Positions 7,694-16,674 of a stretch of 32,000 bases of DNA are shown in pieces. Made by a program: the position numbers and the translations under genes. The DNA is from Ignicoccus pacificus DSM 13166. GTDB taxonomy: Archaea; Thermoproteota; Thermoprotei_A; Sulfolobales; Ignicoccaceae. The stretch covers positions 1 through 32,000 of the forward strand of contig CP006868.1 of the NCBI GenBank assembly GCA_025340205.1, given 5' to 3'. Position 1 is the first letter of the stretch; each line of letters starts with the position of its first letter. The notes below the pieces were generated by a model, which did no database searches, was not told the DNA's origin, and worked only from the letters and a program-made list of their open reading frames with translations.

Positions 7694-8737
7694 CTACCTC
7701 AGTATCTCCTCTAGCATTCCTTTATCTCTGGCCTTGCGTATCTCCCTCGCAATTCTCCTACCCACACTCATGGGTTCATCCCAGTAGAGGTAACTATAAG
7801 GACTTCCATCTATGTACACGTTAGTTCCAGCTACTATTCTTCCAGAGAACTCAAAGACTACAATTTCTCCATTCTCAGTTATTATTGATTCCAAGCAGAA
7901 CGGACCCACGATCTCTTCTCCTACTACTTCTTTGGTTACCTCTACAAATGACTTGGCATAATTGTAAACAGTTATCAGTAAACTTTCCCTTAGCACCATA
8001 GGTATGTTACCGACTACAGTGAATGTAGGAGAGACCTTGCTAGCGTACTTAGGCGGAAGCCTTCTGAGACCGTCGACGTTACTTTCATATCTGATGTCCA
8101 TTCCGGTTATCTCTATTCTATTGTAGACCTTCGAGTTGAAAACGTGGTAGTAAGCCGGTACACCGATGACGTATTCTTGGATTATATAATTAGAAGGGTT
8201 ACCAAGTTTTTCCAGACCCTCCTTGACCTCTTCGGGGGTTGAAGCCAAGAAGTATCCTCTTCCTCCTTTGGCACCGCCGAGCTTGACTATTACGAGTCTG
8301 TCCACTTCCTCGGGAGATTTGAACTCCTTCGGGACCCTTATCCCGGCCCTTCTTAGCAGTTCCATCTTCTTCTCTTGGGTGGCTTCCCATTCAAGGATTT
8401 TCCTACTTCCGAAGATAGGTACCTCATATTTCTGTAGATTTTTTGATCCTACGTACTCTACAAAGCTGCCGTGTGGTATTATGATGCTATTTAATGCTAT
8501 CAAATTATCTTTTACATCTTTTTCCAGTATTTCGCTCCAATTCTCTATAATAATGAATTCGTCAATAAAATGTGAAAAGGTACGATAAAAATCCAAACGG
8601 TCCTTTTTGACGATCAAAACCGTTCTCAAGCCCTCCTTTTTTGCTCCATGAAGGATCTGAAGGGCGCTGTGACTTCCCGCCGTAGCTACGCTTAGCTTTG
8701 AAAGATCGTATTCGTTAAGAATTTTTTGTACTTCCAT
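7694..8737 (-). CDS. purP: 5-formaminoimidazole-4-carboxamide ribonucleotide (FAICAR) synthetase PurP
   Basis: [25 protein letters not shown]... followed by an ATP-grasp body, which matches PurP. The ORF extends to 8824, but that would overlap the divergent gene at 8810. The ATG at 8737 ([12 protein letters not shown]) gives the canonical N-terminus. Confidence 0.85.
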   Translation of the reverse strand: MEVQKILNEYDLSKLSVATAGSHSALQILHGAKKEGLRTVLIVKKDRLDFYRTFSHFIDEFIIIENWSEILEKDVKDNLIALNSIIIPHGSFVEYVGSKNLQKYEVPIFGSRKILEWEATQEKKMELLRRAGIRVPKEFKSPEEVDRLVIVKLGGAKGGRGYFLASTPEEVKEGLEKLGNPSNYIIQEYVIGVPAYYHVFNSKVYNRIEITGMDIRYESNVDGLRRLPPKYASKVSPTFTVVGNIPMVLRESLLITVYNYAKSFVEVTKEVVGEEIVGPFCLESIITENGEIVVFEFSGRIVAGTNVYIDGSPYSYLYWDEPMSVGRRIAREIRKARDKGMLEEILR

Positions 8738-8809
8738 GGGAACGGACCCCTTTGACAATAAGGGCTCTGGGTATAAACTCGGCGAAGCGGGTGGTATCTG
8801 GGACGTCGA

Positions 8810-9739
8810 ATGAGTTTCACACAAGCAAGTCTCAATGCTGCAATCGAGAAAGGTATAGCATGGTTAAAGAGAAAGCAATTCAGCTGTGGCGGATGGGGCG
8901 GTTGTGACAGCTCCCAGACGGGTCTATCGGGATTGGTAATCTTAGCGCTGATAGACGCCCACGTTCCCCCATACGATATGAGCATAGTTCAAGGAGTTAG
9001 GTTCATCTTGAGCAAACAAAGAGAAGACGGGTTCCTTCAGTGGAGTGGTCCAGGTCCTGGCTCCTACTATGGAACGGCTAGGGCTCTACTGGGAGTTCTA
9101 GTAGGCACTCTCAAAGAAGATTATGATAGGATAAGAATAAACGTAGAGAAGGCAATTAGAGCACTCGCTGATGGAGAATTACCTTGTGGTGGATGGGAAG
9201 CCAACCCTGGAGGAGGACTAAGTCATTGGGGCTCTGCTGAGGTACTCTTCGCCGTGTGGTATGCTGGTAAGATGTACATGGAGGAGATTTGGAGGAGTCC
9301 GATGAATTACTATAGTAAATTCAAGAGATGGTTCATGAAGACTCAGAGCGCGCTAGGTTCATGGGACGGAAATTGTCTTGACTGTACTGCCAGGGTCGCC
9401 ACCTTCTTGAGCTTCTACGGATACAGAGGTCCTGAAGTCAAGATGGCGTTACAATTCATATTAAATCATCAAGGAGGAGATGGAAGGATAGGTGATAGTC
9501 CTTGGGCCACAGCTTGGTCACTCTTGGCAATGGTTGCCAGTAAAAGCACCGATGGCGCAATACAAGAGAGCGCTAGAGCAGCTGTATCCGCGTTAATCGA
9601 CAGTCAACTAGACGATGGGGGATGGCCCATATTCTACGATAGTGATACGTCCTTCGAAAGCGTTACGGCAGCGAGCGTCTGGGCGTTAGCTACATACAAG
9701 AACTCCTTGAGCGGCGTAGTGTCGGTACTGGGTGTCTAG
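8810..9739 (+). CDS. Prenyltransferase/squalene-cyclase-repeat (alpha-alpha toroid) protein
   Basis: 309 aa with at least six repeats of the type a..WL...Q...GGW (CGGWGG, DGFLQWSG, CGGWEANPGG, LGSWDG, GGDGRIG, DGGWPIF), each followed by a small-residue helix. No signal peptide is evident. Confidence 0.7.
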   Translation: MSFTQASLNAAIEKGIAWLKRKQFSCGGWGGCDSSQTGLSGLVILALIDAHVPPYDMSIVQGVRFILSKQREDGFLQWSGPGPGSYYGTARALLGVLVGTLKEDYDRIRINVEKAIRALADGELPCGGWEANPGGGLSHWGSAEVLFAVWYAGKMYMEEIWRSPMNYYSKFKRWFMKTQSALGSWDGNCLDCTARVATFLSFYGYRGPEVKMALQFILNHQGGDGRIGDSPWATAWSLLAMVASKSTDGAIQESARAAVSALIDSQLDDGGWPIFYDSDTSFESVTAASVWALATYKNSLSGVVSVLGV

Positions 9740-10868
9740 CGTCTTGACAGAGGTCTCAGTAATTGTGCCTACATACAAAGAGAGGGAGAACATAGTTGAG
9801 TTAGCAAAGAGATTAGACGAGGCTATGAGGGAGCATGGGATAGACTACGAGCTCGTAGTGGTGGACGATAACTCACCTGACGGGACTGCGGAAGCAGCCA
9901 TGTCGATGAGAGACAAGGTAAGCGGTAAGATAAAGGTAATAGTTCGAAAGAATGAGCGAGGCTTAGCCAGCGCAGTATTGAGAGGATTTAAGGAAGCTGA
10001 AGGAAGATATCTCATCGTGATGGATGCCGATCTCCAACATCCTCCTGAGGTTGTCCCCAAGGTAGTTGAGAAGTTGAGGGAAGGATGCGATATAGTTGTA
10101 GCGTCCAGATACACGAAGGAGGGTGGAGTACAAGATTGGAGTCTAATACGTAGGATAATAAGTAAAGGAGCGACGTGGCTGGCATGGATATTCCTTCCTC
10201 GAATAAGAGGAGTGACCGATCCCATGAGTGGGTTCTTCGGACTCCGAAGGGAGATAATTGAAGAGAATATGAGAAAGGGTAACCTCAATCCAAAAGGTTT
10301 CAAAATACTTCTCGAGATTTTAGCTAAAGCCAAGTACGAGAAGATATGCGAAGTGCCCTATGTGTTTCAAAAGAGGTTCAAGGGAGAGTCTAAGTTAGAT
10401 CAAAAGGTCATGATGGAGTACTTGATACACTTGATAAAGCTGGCGAAGGAGACCGGAGAGCTGAGGCGAATGATAACTTTTGCCACCATAGGAGCGGGTG
10501 GCGTGGTAGTAAATGAAGGCACTCTGTATCTATTCTACGAGTTACTTGGCTTAAAGGGACTAAGGGAACTGGGATTGGTCCTTTCGGCAGTCGCCGGGTT
10601 CGAGGCTAGCGTAATCTTCAATTTCATACTCCATGAGACTATAACGTTCCGTGAATTCGTGAAGAGGAAAGATTTAATGAGTAGGCTTAAGAGATTGTTC
10701 CACTATCACAACGCCAGCGTGGCAGGATTAGTGGTACAAGTAGGTACACTGGTTATTCTAACGAACCTAGGGGTCTACTATCTACTAGCTAACTTGATAG
10801 GAATATTCCTCGGGTTGGGCGTCCGATACTCACTGAGCGTACTCAAAGCTTGGGGTACTCACTCCTAG
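9732..10868 (+). CDS. Dolichyl/polyprenyl-phosphate hexose synthase (GT2, Dpm1-like) fused to a GtrA-like membrane domain
   Basis: VIVPTYKERENI...YELVVVDDNSPDGT...VMDADLQHPPE... is the Dpm1-type GT2 signature. The C-terminal ~130 aa has four TM helices of GtrA type. The GTG start overlaps the upstream stop by 8 nt. Confidence 0.82.
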   Translation: MSSVLTEVSVIVPTYKERENIVELAKRLDEAMREHGIDYELVVVDDNSPDGTAEAAMSMRDKVSGKIKVIVRKNERGLASAVLRGFKEAEGRYLIVMDADLQHPPEVVPKVVEKLREGCDIVVASRYTKEGGVQDWSLIRRIISKGATWLAWIFLPRIRGVTDPMSGFFGLRREIIEENMRKGNLNPKGFKILLEILAKAKYEKICEVPYVFQKRFKGESKLDQKVMMEYLIHLIKLAKETGELRRMITFATIGAGGVVVNEGTLYLFYELLGLKGLRELGLVLSAVAGFEASVIFNFILHETITFREFVKRKDLMSRLKRLFHYHNASVAGLVVQVGTLVILTNLGVYYLLANLIGIFLGLGVRYSLSVLKAWGTHS

Positions 10869-11554
10869 AAGAGACAACGCATACCTTTTTCGAGATATAT
10901 GAAGAGTTTCTTATCTAATATAACGTCTTGTAAGGTCATCAGTGCCGTAACCAAGACTAGAGTTAAGATCGGACTCAAGAGAATGTGTGAGGTCAATAAG
11001 TCCCACTTGAAAGCCTTGGCGGCCCAGAGGATCACTGCGATCCTCAAGGCGTTGGTGGGAAATACGAGAACAGAAGCTATGAGAGATGCAAGCACTCTTT
11101 TCCTCCACTCGGTAGGAACTGCTAAGGCCATCGCCACCAGCATCGGTATTTCTCTAAGCGAAGAGCAACCTACAAGGTAACCGACCGCTCCGACGCCCTT
11201 CATCACTATCCCTACCCCTCCCCTCCATGTTACCATCTTGGCATTTAGACCTAGAAGATTAAAGAAGAAGTTATTAAACAGTATGTCCGGTACGAATAAG
11301 ATGTGAAGTATTGACCACGGTAAGAGTTCTAAGAGCCTTGGCAGGAAGTAGCCGGAGAACGCTGCGAAGAGTACCCATAAAGCTCTTCTACAATTCTCAT
11401 TTGTAAGAACAAGTATCGGGATCCAAGTTACCTCTATCGCTATGATCTCAAGAGGAGAAAGTTCGCCAGCCATGGTATGAATGGTTAGTGCATGGGCTGT
11501 TAAGACTATCAGTATCGATGAGAATAGGTACTTGAGGATCTTCCGCTTCTCCAC
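10865..11554 (-). CDS. Exosortase/archaeosortase-family membrane protein
   Basis: Polytopic membrane protein with Cys in YLVGCSSLREI and Arg in FPTNALRIAVILW exactly 41 residues later, then His in LTSHILL. This fits the Cys/Arg(/His) signature of the EpsH/archaeosortase family. The ORF runs to 11701, but that would overlap the divergent ESCRT-III gene. GTG at 11554 (VEKRKILKYLFSS...) follows a minus-strand TATA-like CATAATAG about 36 nt upstream. Confidence 0.6.
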   Translation of the reverse strand: MEKRKILKYLFSSILIVLTAHALTIHTMAGELSPLEIIAIEVTWIPILVLTNENCRRALWVLFAAFSGYFLPRLLELLPWSILHILFVPDILFNNFFFNLLGLNAKMVTWRGGVGIVMKGVGAVGYLVGCSSLREIPMLVAMALAVPTEWRKRVLASLIASVLVFPTNALRIAVILWAAKAFKWDLLTSHILLSPILTLVLVTALMTLQDVILDKKLFIYLEKGMRCLF

Positions 11555-11691
11555 TACCGCGTTCCCCAGATGAAGGAAAGGGAATGCTATTATGTGGGGA
11601 TCTGAAGGATATAAAGTGATGAAGGGTAATACTACCCGTTCTACCCTTCTTAAGCTTTCCGGGATACTATCTGGGTATCGGGGAGCTAGGT

Positions 11692-12330
11692 ATGAGCGCA
11701 ATAATAAACTTCAACAAGCTCTGGGAGGAGGGAGCTAAGACCGGTAAGAAGTTCCTAATATTCGGCTCCGAGCAGAAGGAGGAGCCTCTGAAGAAGAAGG
11801 TGTACAAGGCCAAGTATCAGCTAAGAAAGCAAATAGACAAGATAGGATTCATGATAAACAAGCTAAAGGAGAGAGACGAGCACTTGTTCAACAAACTAGT
11901 AGACGCTCTAATAAACCATGATCAACTCAGATCCAAGATGCTAGCTGCTGAGATAGCCGAGATAAGGAAGCTAGCCAAGACTCTAATGATAACGCAAGTG
12001 GCTCTAGAGAGGGTTGAGTACAGACTTGATCTATTCTTGACGATTGGAGAGACTGCTAGCACGCTAGCTCCGGTGGTACCAGTAATCAATATGTTAAGGA
12101 CCCAGCTAATGAAGGAGATACCAGAGATAGGCATCGAGTTAAGTAACATACACGAAGAGCTTGAGGATGTGATAAACAGCATGAACTTCTACGGAGCGGT
12201 CGACGGAGACGTGGTGCTGAGCAGTGAGGCGAGGAAGATAATGGAGGAGGCGAAGGCTATAGCAGAGCAGCAGATGAAGGAAGAGTTCCCCAATGTAAAC
12301 GTCGGAATACAGAATACCAAGGTGGCTTAA
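11692..12330 (+). CDS. ESCRT-III (Snf7/CdvB-family) paralog
   Basis: INKLKERDEHLFNKLVDALINHDQLRSKMLAAEIAEIRKLAKTL, then ...LAPVVPVINMLRTQLMKEIPEIGIELSNI..., then an acidic C-terminus with ARKIMEEAKAIAEQQ. This is the crenarchaeal CdvB-type pattern. At 212 aa it has no C-terminal winged helix, so it resembles a CdvB1/B2-type paralog. Confidence 0.72.
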   Translation: MSAIINFNKLWEEGAKTGKKFLIFGSEQKEEPLKKKVYKAKYQLRKQIDKIGFMINKLKERDEHLFNKLVDALINHDQLRSKMLAAEIAEIRKLAKTLMITQVALERVEYRLDLFLTIGETASTLAPVVPVINMLRTQLMKEIPEIGIELSNIHEELEDVINSMNFYGAVDGDVVLSSEARKIMEEAKAIAEQQMKEEFPNVNVGIQNTKVA

Positions 12331-13043
12331 AGAACTCCGTACTCGGGCGCCTCCTTCCAGTTACCCCCGTGTTTTAGGGCAACCGTACTGGAGGCTACCG
12401 CTTTGGTATCTCCCTCCTCATAGAGATATATTTTGTAATAGCTTAACTCCGGGTCCTCACACTTGCACTCCCATGCATAGCCTGCGTTTCCTTGAGAATC
12501 CAAGAAGAAGACGGCGGCACCCGAACCCTCCGGTACGTTTTCTTCTAGCCAGCCCTTCAAGCTCATGGCAGTAGTGAGGGGCTCCTCAGAATACGACTCG
12601 AGCACTGCCCATGCCACAGCGGCGGTATCTGCTAGCACACCCTTCTTCATCATTTTCTTGAGAGGATCCGGCGCGTCCAGATTTTCGGGGGAAATGGTTC
12701 CATTATATCCTATCCAGACTACGTTAGCCATGTTTACCGGTTGAATGTTTTGAGTGTATTTTTCCGTGCCTTTTATGCTAGTCTTCCTTACGTGGACTAG
12801 TGATATCATTCCCATGTTATTCTTGTAGAATCCAAGACCCTTTTCATCCTTCCATATAGGTAGAGGCGAACGGTACTCTACTATGCTATCGTCCGCTATT
12901 GAGACGAAACCCCAACCATCGGGATGATTTGGCTCCCTCTTGTTTCCCCACCTCTTAGCTCCTAGGGGATCATCAACTGCAGCAGCGATCAATGCGTTGA
13001 ACAAAGACTCTTTAGGTGATCTCATCAAGAGCATTCTACACAT
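12327..13043 (-). CDS. Class II (Ntn-type) glutamine amidotransferase-like protein
   Basis: N-terminal MCRM places the nucleophile Cys at position 2. NHPDGWGF, HVRKTS and NIQPV motifs are typical of GATase_2/YafJ-like Ntn hydrolases. Confidence 0.7.
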   Translation of the reverse strand: MCRMLLMRSPKESLFNALIAAAVDDPLGAKRWGNKREPNHPDGWGFVSIADDSIVEYRSPLPIWKDEKGLGFYKNNMGMISLVHVRKTSIKGTEKYTQNIQPVNMANVVWIGYNGTISPENLDAPDPLKKMMKKGVLADTAAVAWAVLESYSEEPLTTAMSLKGWLEENVPEGSGAAVFFLDSQGNAGYAWECKCEDPELSYYKIYLYEEGDTKAVASSTVALKHGGNWKEAPEYGVL

Positions 13044-13050
13044 ATTCTCT

Positions 13051-13224
13051 TCACCCTAGCCCACCGAAGGCTGAGACGAGGGCTTGAAGCTTTCTGAGGT
13101 CGTGTTGTAAGTACATGGTTGCCACTATACTTAGAACGGTCTGTAAGAGGTACGCTAGGATGAGTAAGAGGCCACCTAGCGTTATATCCACTCCAAGAAT
13201 AGAGATTAGTACTCCCTTCTTCAT
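13051..13224 (-). CDS. Small membrane protein (hypothetical)
   Basis: The ORF reaches 13329, but that would overlap the divergent idsA start. An internal ATG at 13224 gives a 57-aa protein (MKKGVLISILGVDITLGGLLLILAYLLQTVLSIVA...) with one or two TM helices. It lies 7 nt upstream of the amidotransferase gene. Confidence 0.35.
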   Translation of the reverse strand: MKKGVLISILGVDITLGGLLLILAYLLQTVLSIVATMYLQHDLRKLQALVSAFGGLG

Positions 13225-13322
13225 CTCAACTCCCCTTAGTTGGAGGGAGGGGTAGCTAAAGACATCTACTCCCAAGTTCACTTGAAAAGGGCCCAAAACA
13301 CAAGTCATTCCGGAGTGATAAG

Positions 13323-14312
13323 ATGGCAAACAAGCTAAAGGAGTTCATAGCTGAGGTAAAGCCGAAGGTTGACGCCTTCATTGCAGAGATTCTGAAAGGG
13401 GAGCCTAAGAAGCTCTACGATGCTGCCTACCACCTACCGTCTGTCGGAGGTAAGAGACTGAGACCAGCTCTAGTGATAATGGTTGCGAGGACGTTGGGTG
13501 CCACATTCGAGGAGGCTCTAGCCCCCGCAGCCTCAGTAGAACTTCTTCATAACTTTACCTTGGTTCATGATGATATAATGGACAAAGATGAAAAGAGGAG
13601 AGGCGTTCCCACGGTACATGTACTCTACGGTGAACCAATGGCCATACTCGCCGGTGACGTCCTCTACGCCAAGGCCTACGAAGCCTTGCTCAAAGCCCCT
13701 CAGAGACCGGACATAGTGGTTGAGATGACTAGGATGTTGACGTGGGCAGCGGTTACCGTGGCTGAAGGACAAGCCTTGGATATGATGTTTGAAGATAGGT
13801 GGGATGTAAGTGAGGAGGAATATATTGAGATGGTCAAGAAGAAGACAGGAGCTCTCTTTGGAGCTTCAGCTGCCTTAGGTGCCCTAAGCGCCTCTAAGCC
13901 TGAACTAAAGGACTTGTTAAAGGAGTTCGGGATATTGCTCGGAATAGCCTTCCAGATAAAGGATGATATACTCTCCTTAGTTGGAGATGAGAAAGTAACC
14001 GGAAAGAAGAAGTACAATGATTTGAAGGAAGGAAAGAAGACGTTATTAGTAATAAAAGCTTTAGAAAGGCTGAGTGAGGAAGAAAAGAAGAAGTTAATGA
14101 GTATATTGGGTAATCAAAACGCCACTGATGAGGAGTTAGCAGAGACAGCCAACTTGATAATAAAGAGTGGAGCACTCGACTATGCCCTCAAGAAAGCCGA
14201 TGAGATAGGCAAGAGGGCCCTGGAGATACTAAACTCCTTACCTACTAAGAACCCAGAATACCTAGAGTTACTTAAGGAGTTAGTGGACTTCGCAGTGAAG
14301 AGGGAGTATTAA
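13323..14312 (+). CDS. idsA: Geranylgeranyl diphosphate synthase (trans-polyprenyl synthetase)
   Basis: GGKRLRPALV, first Asp-rich motif LVHDDIMDKDEKRRG, second Asp-rich motif FQIKDDILS, and KTGALF. Confidence 0.9.
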   Translation: MANKLKEFIAEVKPKVDAFIAEILKGEPKKLYDAAYHLPSVGGKRLRPALVIMVARTLGATFEEALAPAASVELLHNFTLVHDDIMDKDEKRRGVPTVHVLYGEPMAILAGDVLYAKAYEALLKAPQRPDIVVEMTRMLTWAAVTVAEGQALDMMFEDRWDVSEEEYIEMVKKKTGALFGASAALGALSASKPELKDLLKEFGILLGIAFQIKDDILSLVGDEKVTGKKKYNDLKEGKKTLLVIKALERLSEEEKKKLMSILGNQNATDEELAETANLIIKSGALDYALKKADEIGKRALEILNSLPTKNPEYLELLKELVDFAVKREY

Positions 14313-14779
14313 TGAGTGTCTATAACTTTCCTCGATTATTCGTCGAGGGGTTTGAAGGAGAGGAATATGCTGAGCTTGAGGATGAGAAGGTAATATTTAA
14401 GAGAGATAAAGGTAGGTTTGGAAAGGTACCCTATGAAATTCCTCTTGAGGAATTGGTGGATTTAATTGAGGAGAAGACGAAGAGAGCCTTCTTAATACAT
14501 ATCCCTAATGAAAATAAGGTAATAATAGTACCAAAGGATACACCAGTTAAGATACTTAGAGCATCACACTTGAAGGTAGGGACCGTGGTAAAGGAGGGAG
14601 ATAAAATAGAAGTTGGTGATAGCTATGCTTTTGGATTGACGTCCAAAGGAGAGGTTAGAAGACTCAGAAGTCTACACTCTGGCGTAGTAGTGATGGTTCA
14701 TTGGGAGCCACAAGGAGGAAGGGATATATATCATATAATCGTGGCTCCTGAAGACAAGATCAAGGTTCTTCAGCTTTAG
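14312..14779 (+). CDS. Hypothetical protein with a biotinyl/lipoyl-like hybrid-barrel C-terminus
   Basis: 155 aa. GTVVKEGDKIEVGDSYAFGLTSKGEVRRLRSLHSGVVVMV resembles the lipoyl/hybrid motif (V.eGd.V..Gd......K.......sG.V). Its ATG overlaps the idsA stop by 1 nt (TAATG). Confidence 0.55.
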   Translation: MSVYNFPRLFVEGFEGEEYAELEDEKVIFKRDKGRFGKVPYEIPLEELVDLIEEKTKRAFLIHIPNENKVIIVPKDTPVKILRASHLKVGTVVKEGDKIEVGDSYAFGLTSKGEVRRLRSLHSGVVVMVHWEPQGGRDIYHIIVAPEDKIKVLQL

Positions 14780-15704
14780 ACACTTGTATATTCCGAATGT
14801 TTACGTTCAACAGACCCCCGAGAACGGTCGTTGTTATTGACATGGTAGATACCGTAAGTAAGTTGAGTATTCTCCATGTAGCTAGACTTGACGCTAAGGC
14901 AGGTAGGCTAAGGGTCGCTATAGCTTCAGGGAGTCCTATTCCGCCAGGCGTTATGGGGAACGCTGTTATTGGTAAGCTACAAACGAAAATCAAGGTCCCT
15001 AGTACACCTCGATGTACGAGGTAGCTGGAGATCACGCCGAAGGAAAACGAGTAGAGAGCCACGCCGATTGTTGAGATGAGGACCGCTATTCCAAAGGCAT
15101 TAATTCCAGCAGTGCTTAGCGCTTCTACTATGGATTTACACATCTTATACACTCTATGTCCGAACCTTTGTGGACACTTCCTCGTGAAAGTTACTGCTAT
15201 TCCGAAAGAGCTTATCCCCAGTGCGATGAGTGTTGGGAATACGAGCGGATCGATGGTTACGTTTGGGGGACGAAGTAAGAGTAACAATGTGAAGGCGGTG
15301 ACAGCATTTATGCCTAAGCCCACGCTCTCAGAGGTTAATTCGAGTATGTTTATCGCTATTGCCTTTGAAAGATCGTACTTCTTGGCAATGTATCCTATCC
15401 TTAGTAACTCGCCTCCATAGAAGCCTGGCGTCATTATAGCTAGAAGTCTGCTCGCTTCCCAGATGATAAATGATTCTTTAAAGGAAAGCGGTGCTTTGAC
15501 GTATTCCGATAGAATTTTCAGCCTTATACTTCTAACGAAGTCGGCAAGGAACATGAAGATTACTGAGGCAGCTATCACGTAAGGAGGCAATTTGAAGAGT
15601 ACAGTTATGTTAACGTTAGTTACTTTAATGTAAACCCACAATATTAAGGCTGTCAGTATCATACCGAGAAGCAGCTTTTTCCACACGGGTCCTCGAACGC
15701 TCAC
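14760..15704 (-). CDS. Flippase-like membrane protein (UPF0104 / LPG-synthase TM-domain family)
   Basis: 314 aa with about 8 TM helices. The N-terminal basic stretch plus TM, and TPGFYGGELLRIGYIAKKY, fit the P...GGE..R motif of this family. Confidence 0.55.
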   Translation of the reverse strand: MSVRGPVWKKLLLGMILTALILWVYIKVTNVNITVLFKLPPYVIAASVIFMFLADFVRSIRLKILSEYVKAPLSFKESFIIWEASRLLAIMTPGFYGGELLRIGYIAKKYDLSKAIAINILELTSESVGLGINAVTAFTLLLLLRPPNVTIDPLVFPTLIALGISSFGIAVTFTRKCPQRFGHRVYKMCKSIVEALSTAGINAFGIAVLISTIGVALYSFSFGVISSYLVHRGVLGTLIFVCSLPITAFPITPGGIGLPEAIATLSLPALASSLATWRILNLLTVSTMSITTTVLGGLLNVNIRNIQVSKAEEP

Positions 15705-15778
15705 TCAGTGCAGAGGCTTTTTCATGCTAGCGTTTTCTCAATAAGCTCCACTGCTTTAGGACGCTCGGGAGAGATGCA

Positions 15779-16117
15779 ATGAGATGTAAGGGAAAGATCG
15801 TAGAGATAGTAAAGAGTACTATACCCTATACTAACATAATGAGAATAGAGTGTGAAGACGGTAAGAAAGTGGAGATGTTGATACACGACGAGTTACTAAA
15901 CTTCAGGACAGGAGAGGACGTCGAGGTAATCATCGATAGTGAACTCCCGGAGTATAAGGACGGAATAGATTTGTGCGGCAAAGGAATGTTCTATAAAGCA
16001 GACGACAAAAGGAGGTTCTTCTCAATAGGAGGGTTCCTAGTGGTTGTATGGAATGATGAAAACAAGTATGAAATAGGTAAGAAGTATTATATCTGTGTTC
16101 TCCATAAGGAAGGTTGA
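15779..16117 (+). CDS. rpo8: RNA polymerase subunit Rpo8 (RpoG)-like protein
   Basis: 112 aa. DLCGKGMFYK....RFFSIGGFLVVVW......KYYICVLHK parallels the Sulfolobus RpoG C-terminal pattern D.CGHGY.V....ISL.GLLV.I.....IYFCVKK, recalled from memory. Confidence 0.5.
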   Translation: MRCKGKIVEIVKSTIPYTNIMRIECEDGKKVEMLIHDELLNFRTGEDVEVIIDSELPEYKDGIDLCGKGMFYKADDKRRFFSIGGFLVVVWNDENKYEIGKKYYICVLHKEG

Positions 16118-16674
16118 TCGAGTTGAACGTTTCTATAAAGCACGTCCAATGTGGGGCTAAAGTTATGGTAGTTAAGGACTTTGACCTCGAACTACCTACA
16201 ACTATGGAGAGATTCGGAGAGATATGTAAGTATTTCAAATGCGATGAAAGTAACGATCCTTGTGACGCGTTGATTAGAGTGATGAGCGGGACGAACGTGA
16301 TTATTACGAGAAACGAGGAAGTAAAAAAGGTCATATCTCTAATAAAGAGTATGATTGCTATCGGGAGAGCCTTCCAGCTAGTAGATGATTATTGCAGACG
16401 GACTCAATACGGCCTTGTAAGGTTAAAGGAACTAGAGCTACATTGCCCGGATTACAGCTATCCGAGAGCGCTCTTCATCATTGATGAACTATCACCTTCG
16501 ATGAAGTTCTTAGAAGAGGCACTGAAGAGAGCATCTATGCTCAATGAAGAAGAAAAGGTAGTTGTGTCATGCGATATAGAGGTCCCTAAGAGCCTCCGAT
16601 ACGCTTACCCGTTTTCACAAATGGAATGTCCCGATCAAACTAAAGAAAGGATTAAGAGGAACGTTTACATGTAG
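16114..16674 (+). CDS. Hypothetical protein (186 aa)
   Basis: The TTG start overlaps the rpo8 stop (TTGA). Nine Cys are scattered along the sequence with no regular CxxC spacing that I can see. No family recognised. Confidence 0.55.
   Translation: MIELNVSIKHVQCGAKVMVVKDFDLELPTTMERFGEICKYFKCDESNDPCDALIRVMSGTNVIITRNEEVKKVISLIKSMIAIGRAFQLVDDYCRRTQYGLVRLKELELHCPDYSYPRALFIIDELSPSMKFLEEALKRASMLNEEEKVVVSCDIEVPKSLRYAYPFSQMECPDQTKERIKRNVYM

Noticed and set aside
7694-8824. 5' extensions of several track ORFs (purP to 8824, aIF2-gamma from 20737, DUF58 to 24117, ahbAB to 3838, archaeosortase-like to 11701, small TM protein to 13329)
   Set aside because: Each extension overlaps a neighbouring gene or its promoter and adds non-conserved, low-complexity residues. 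Internal ATG/GTG codons restore the canonical family N-termini and sensible TATA spacing.
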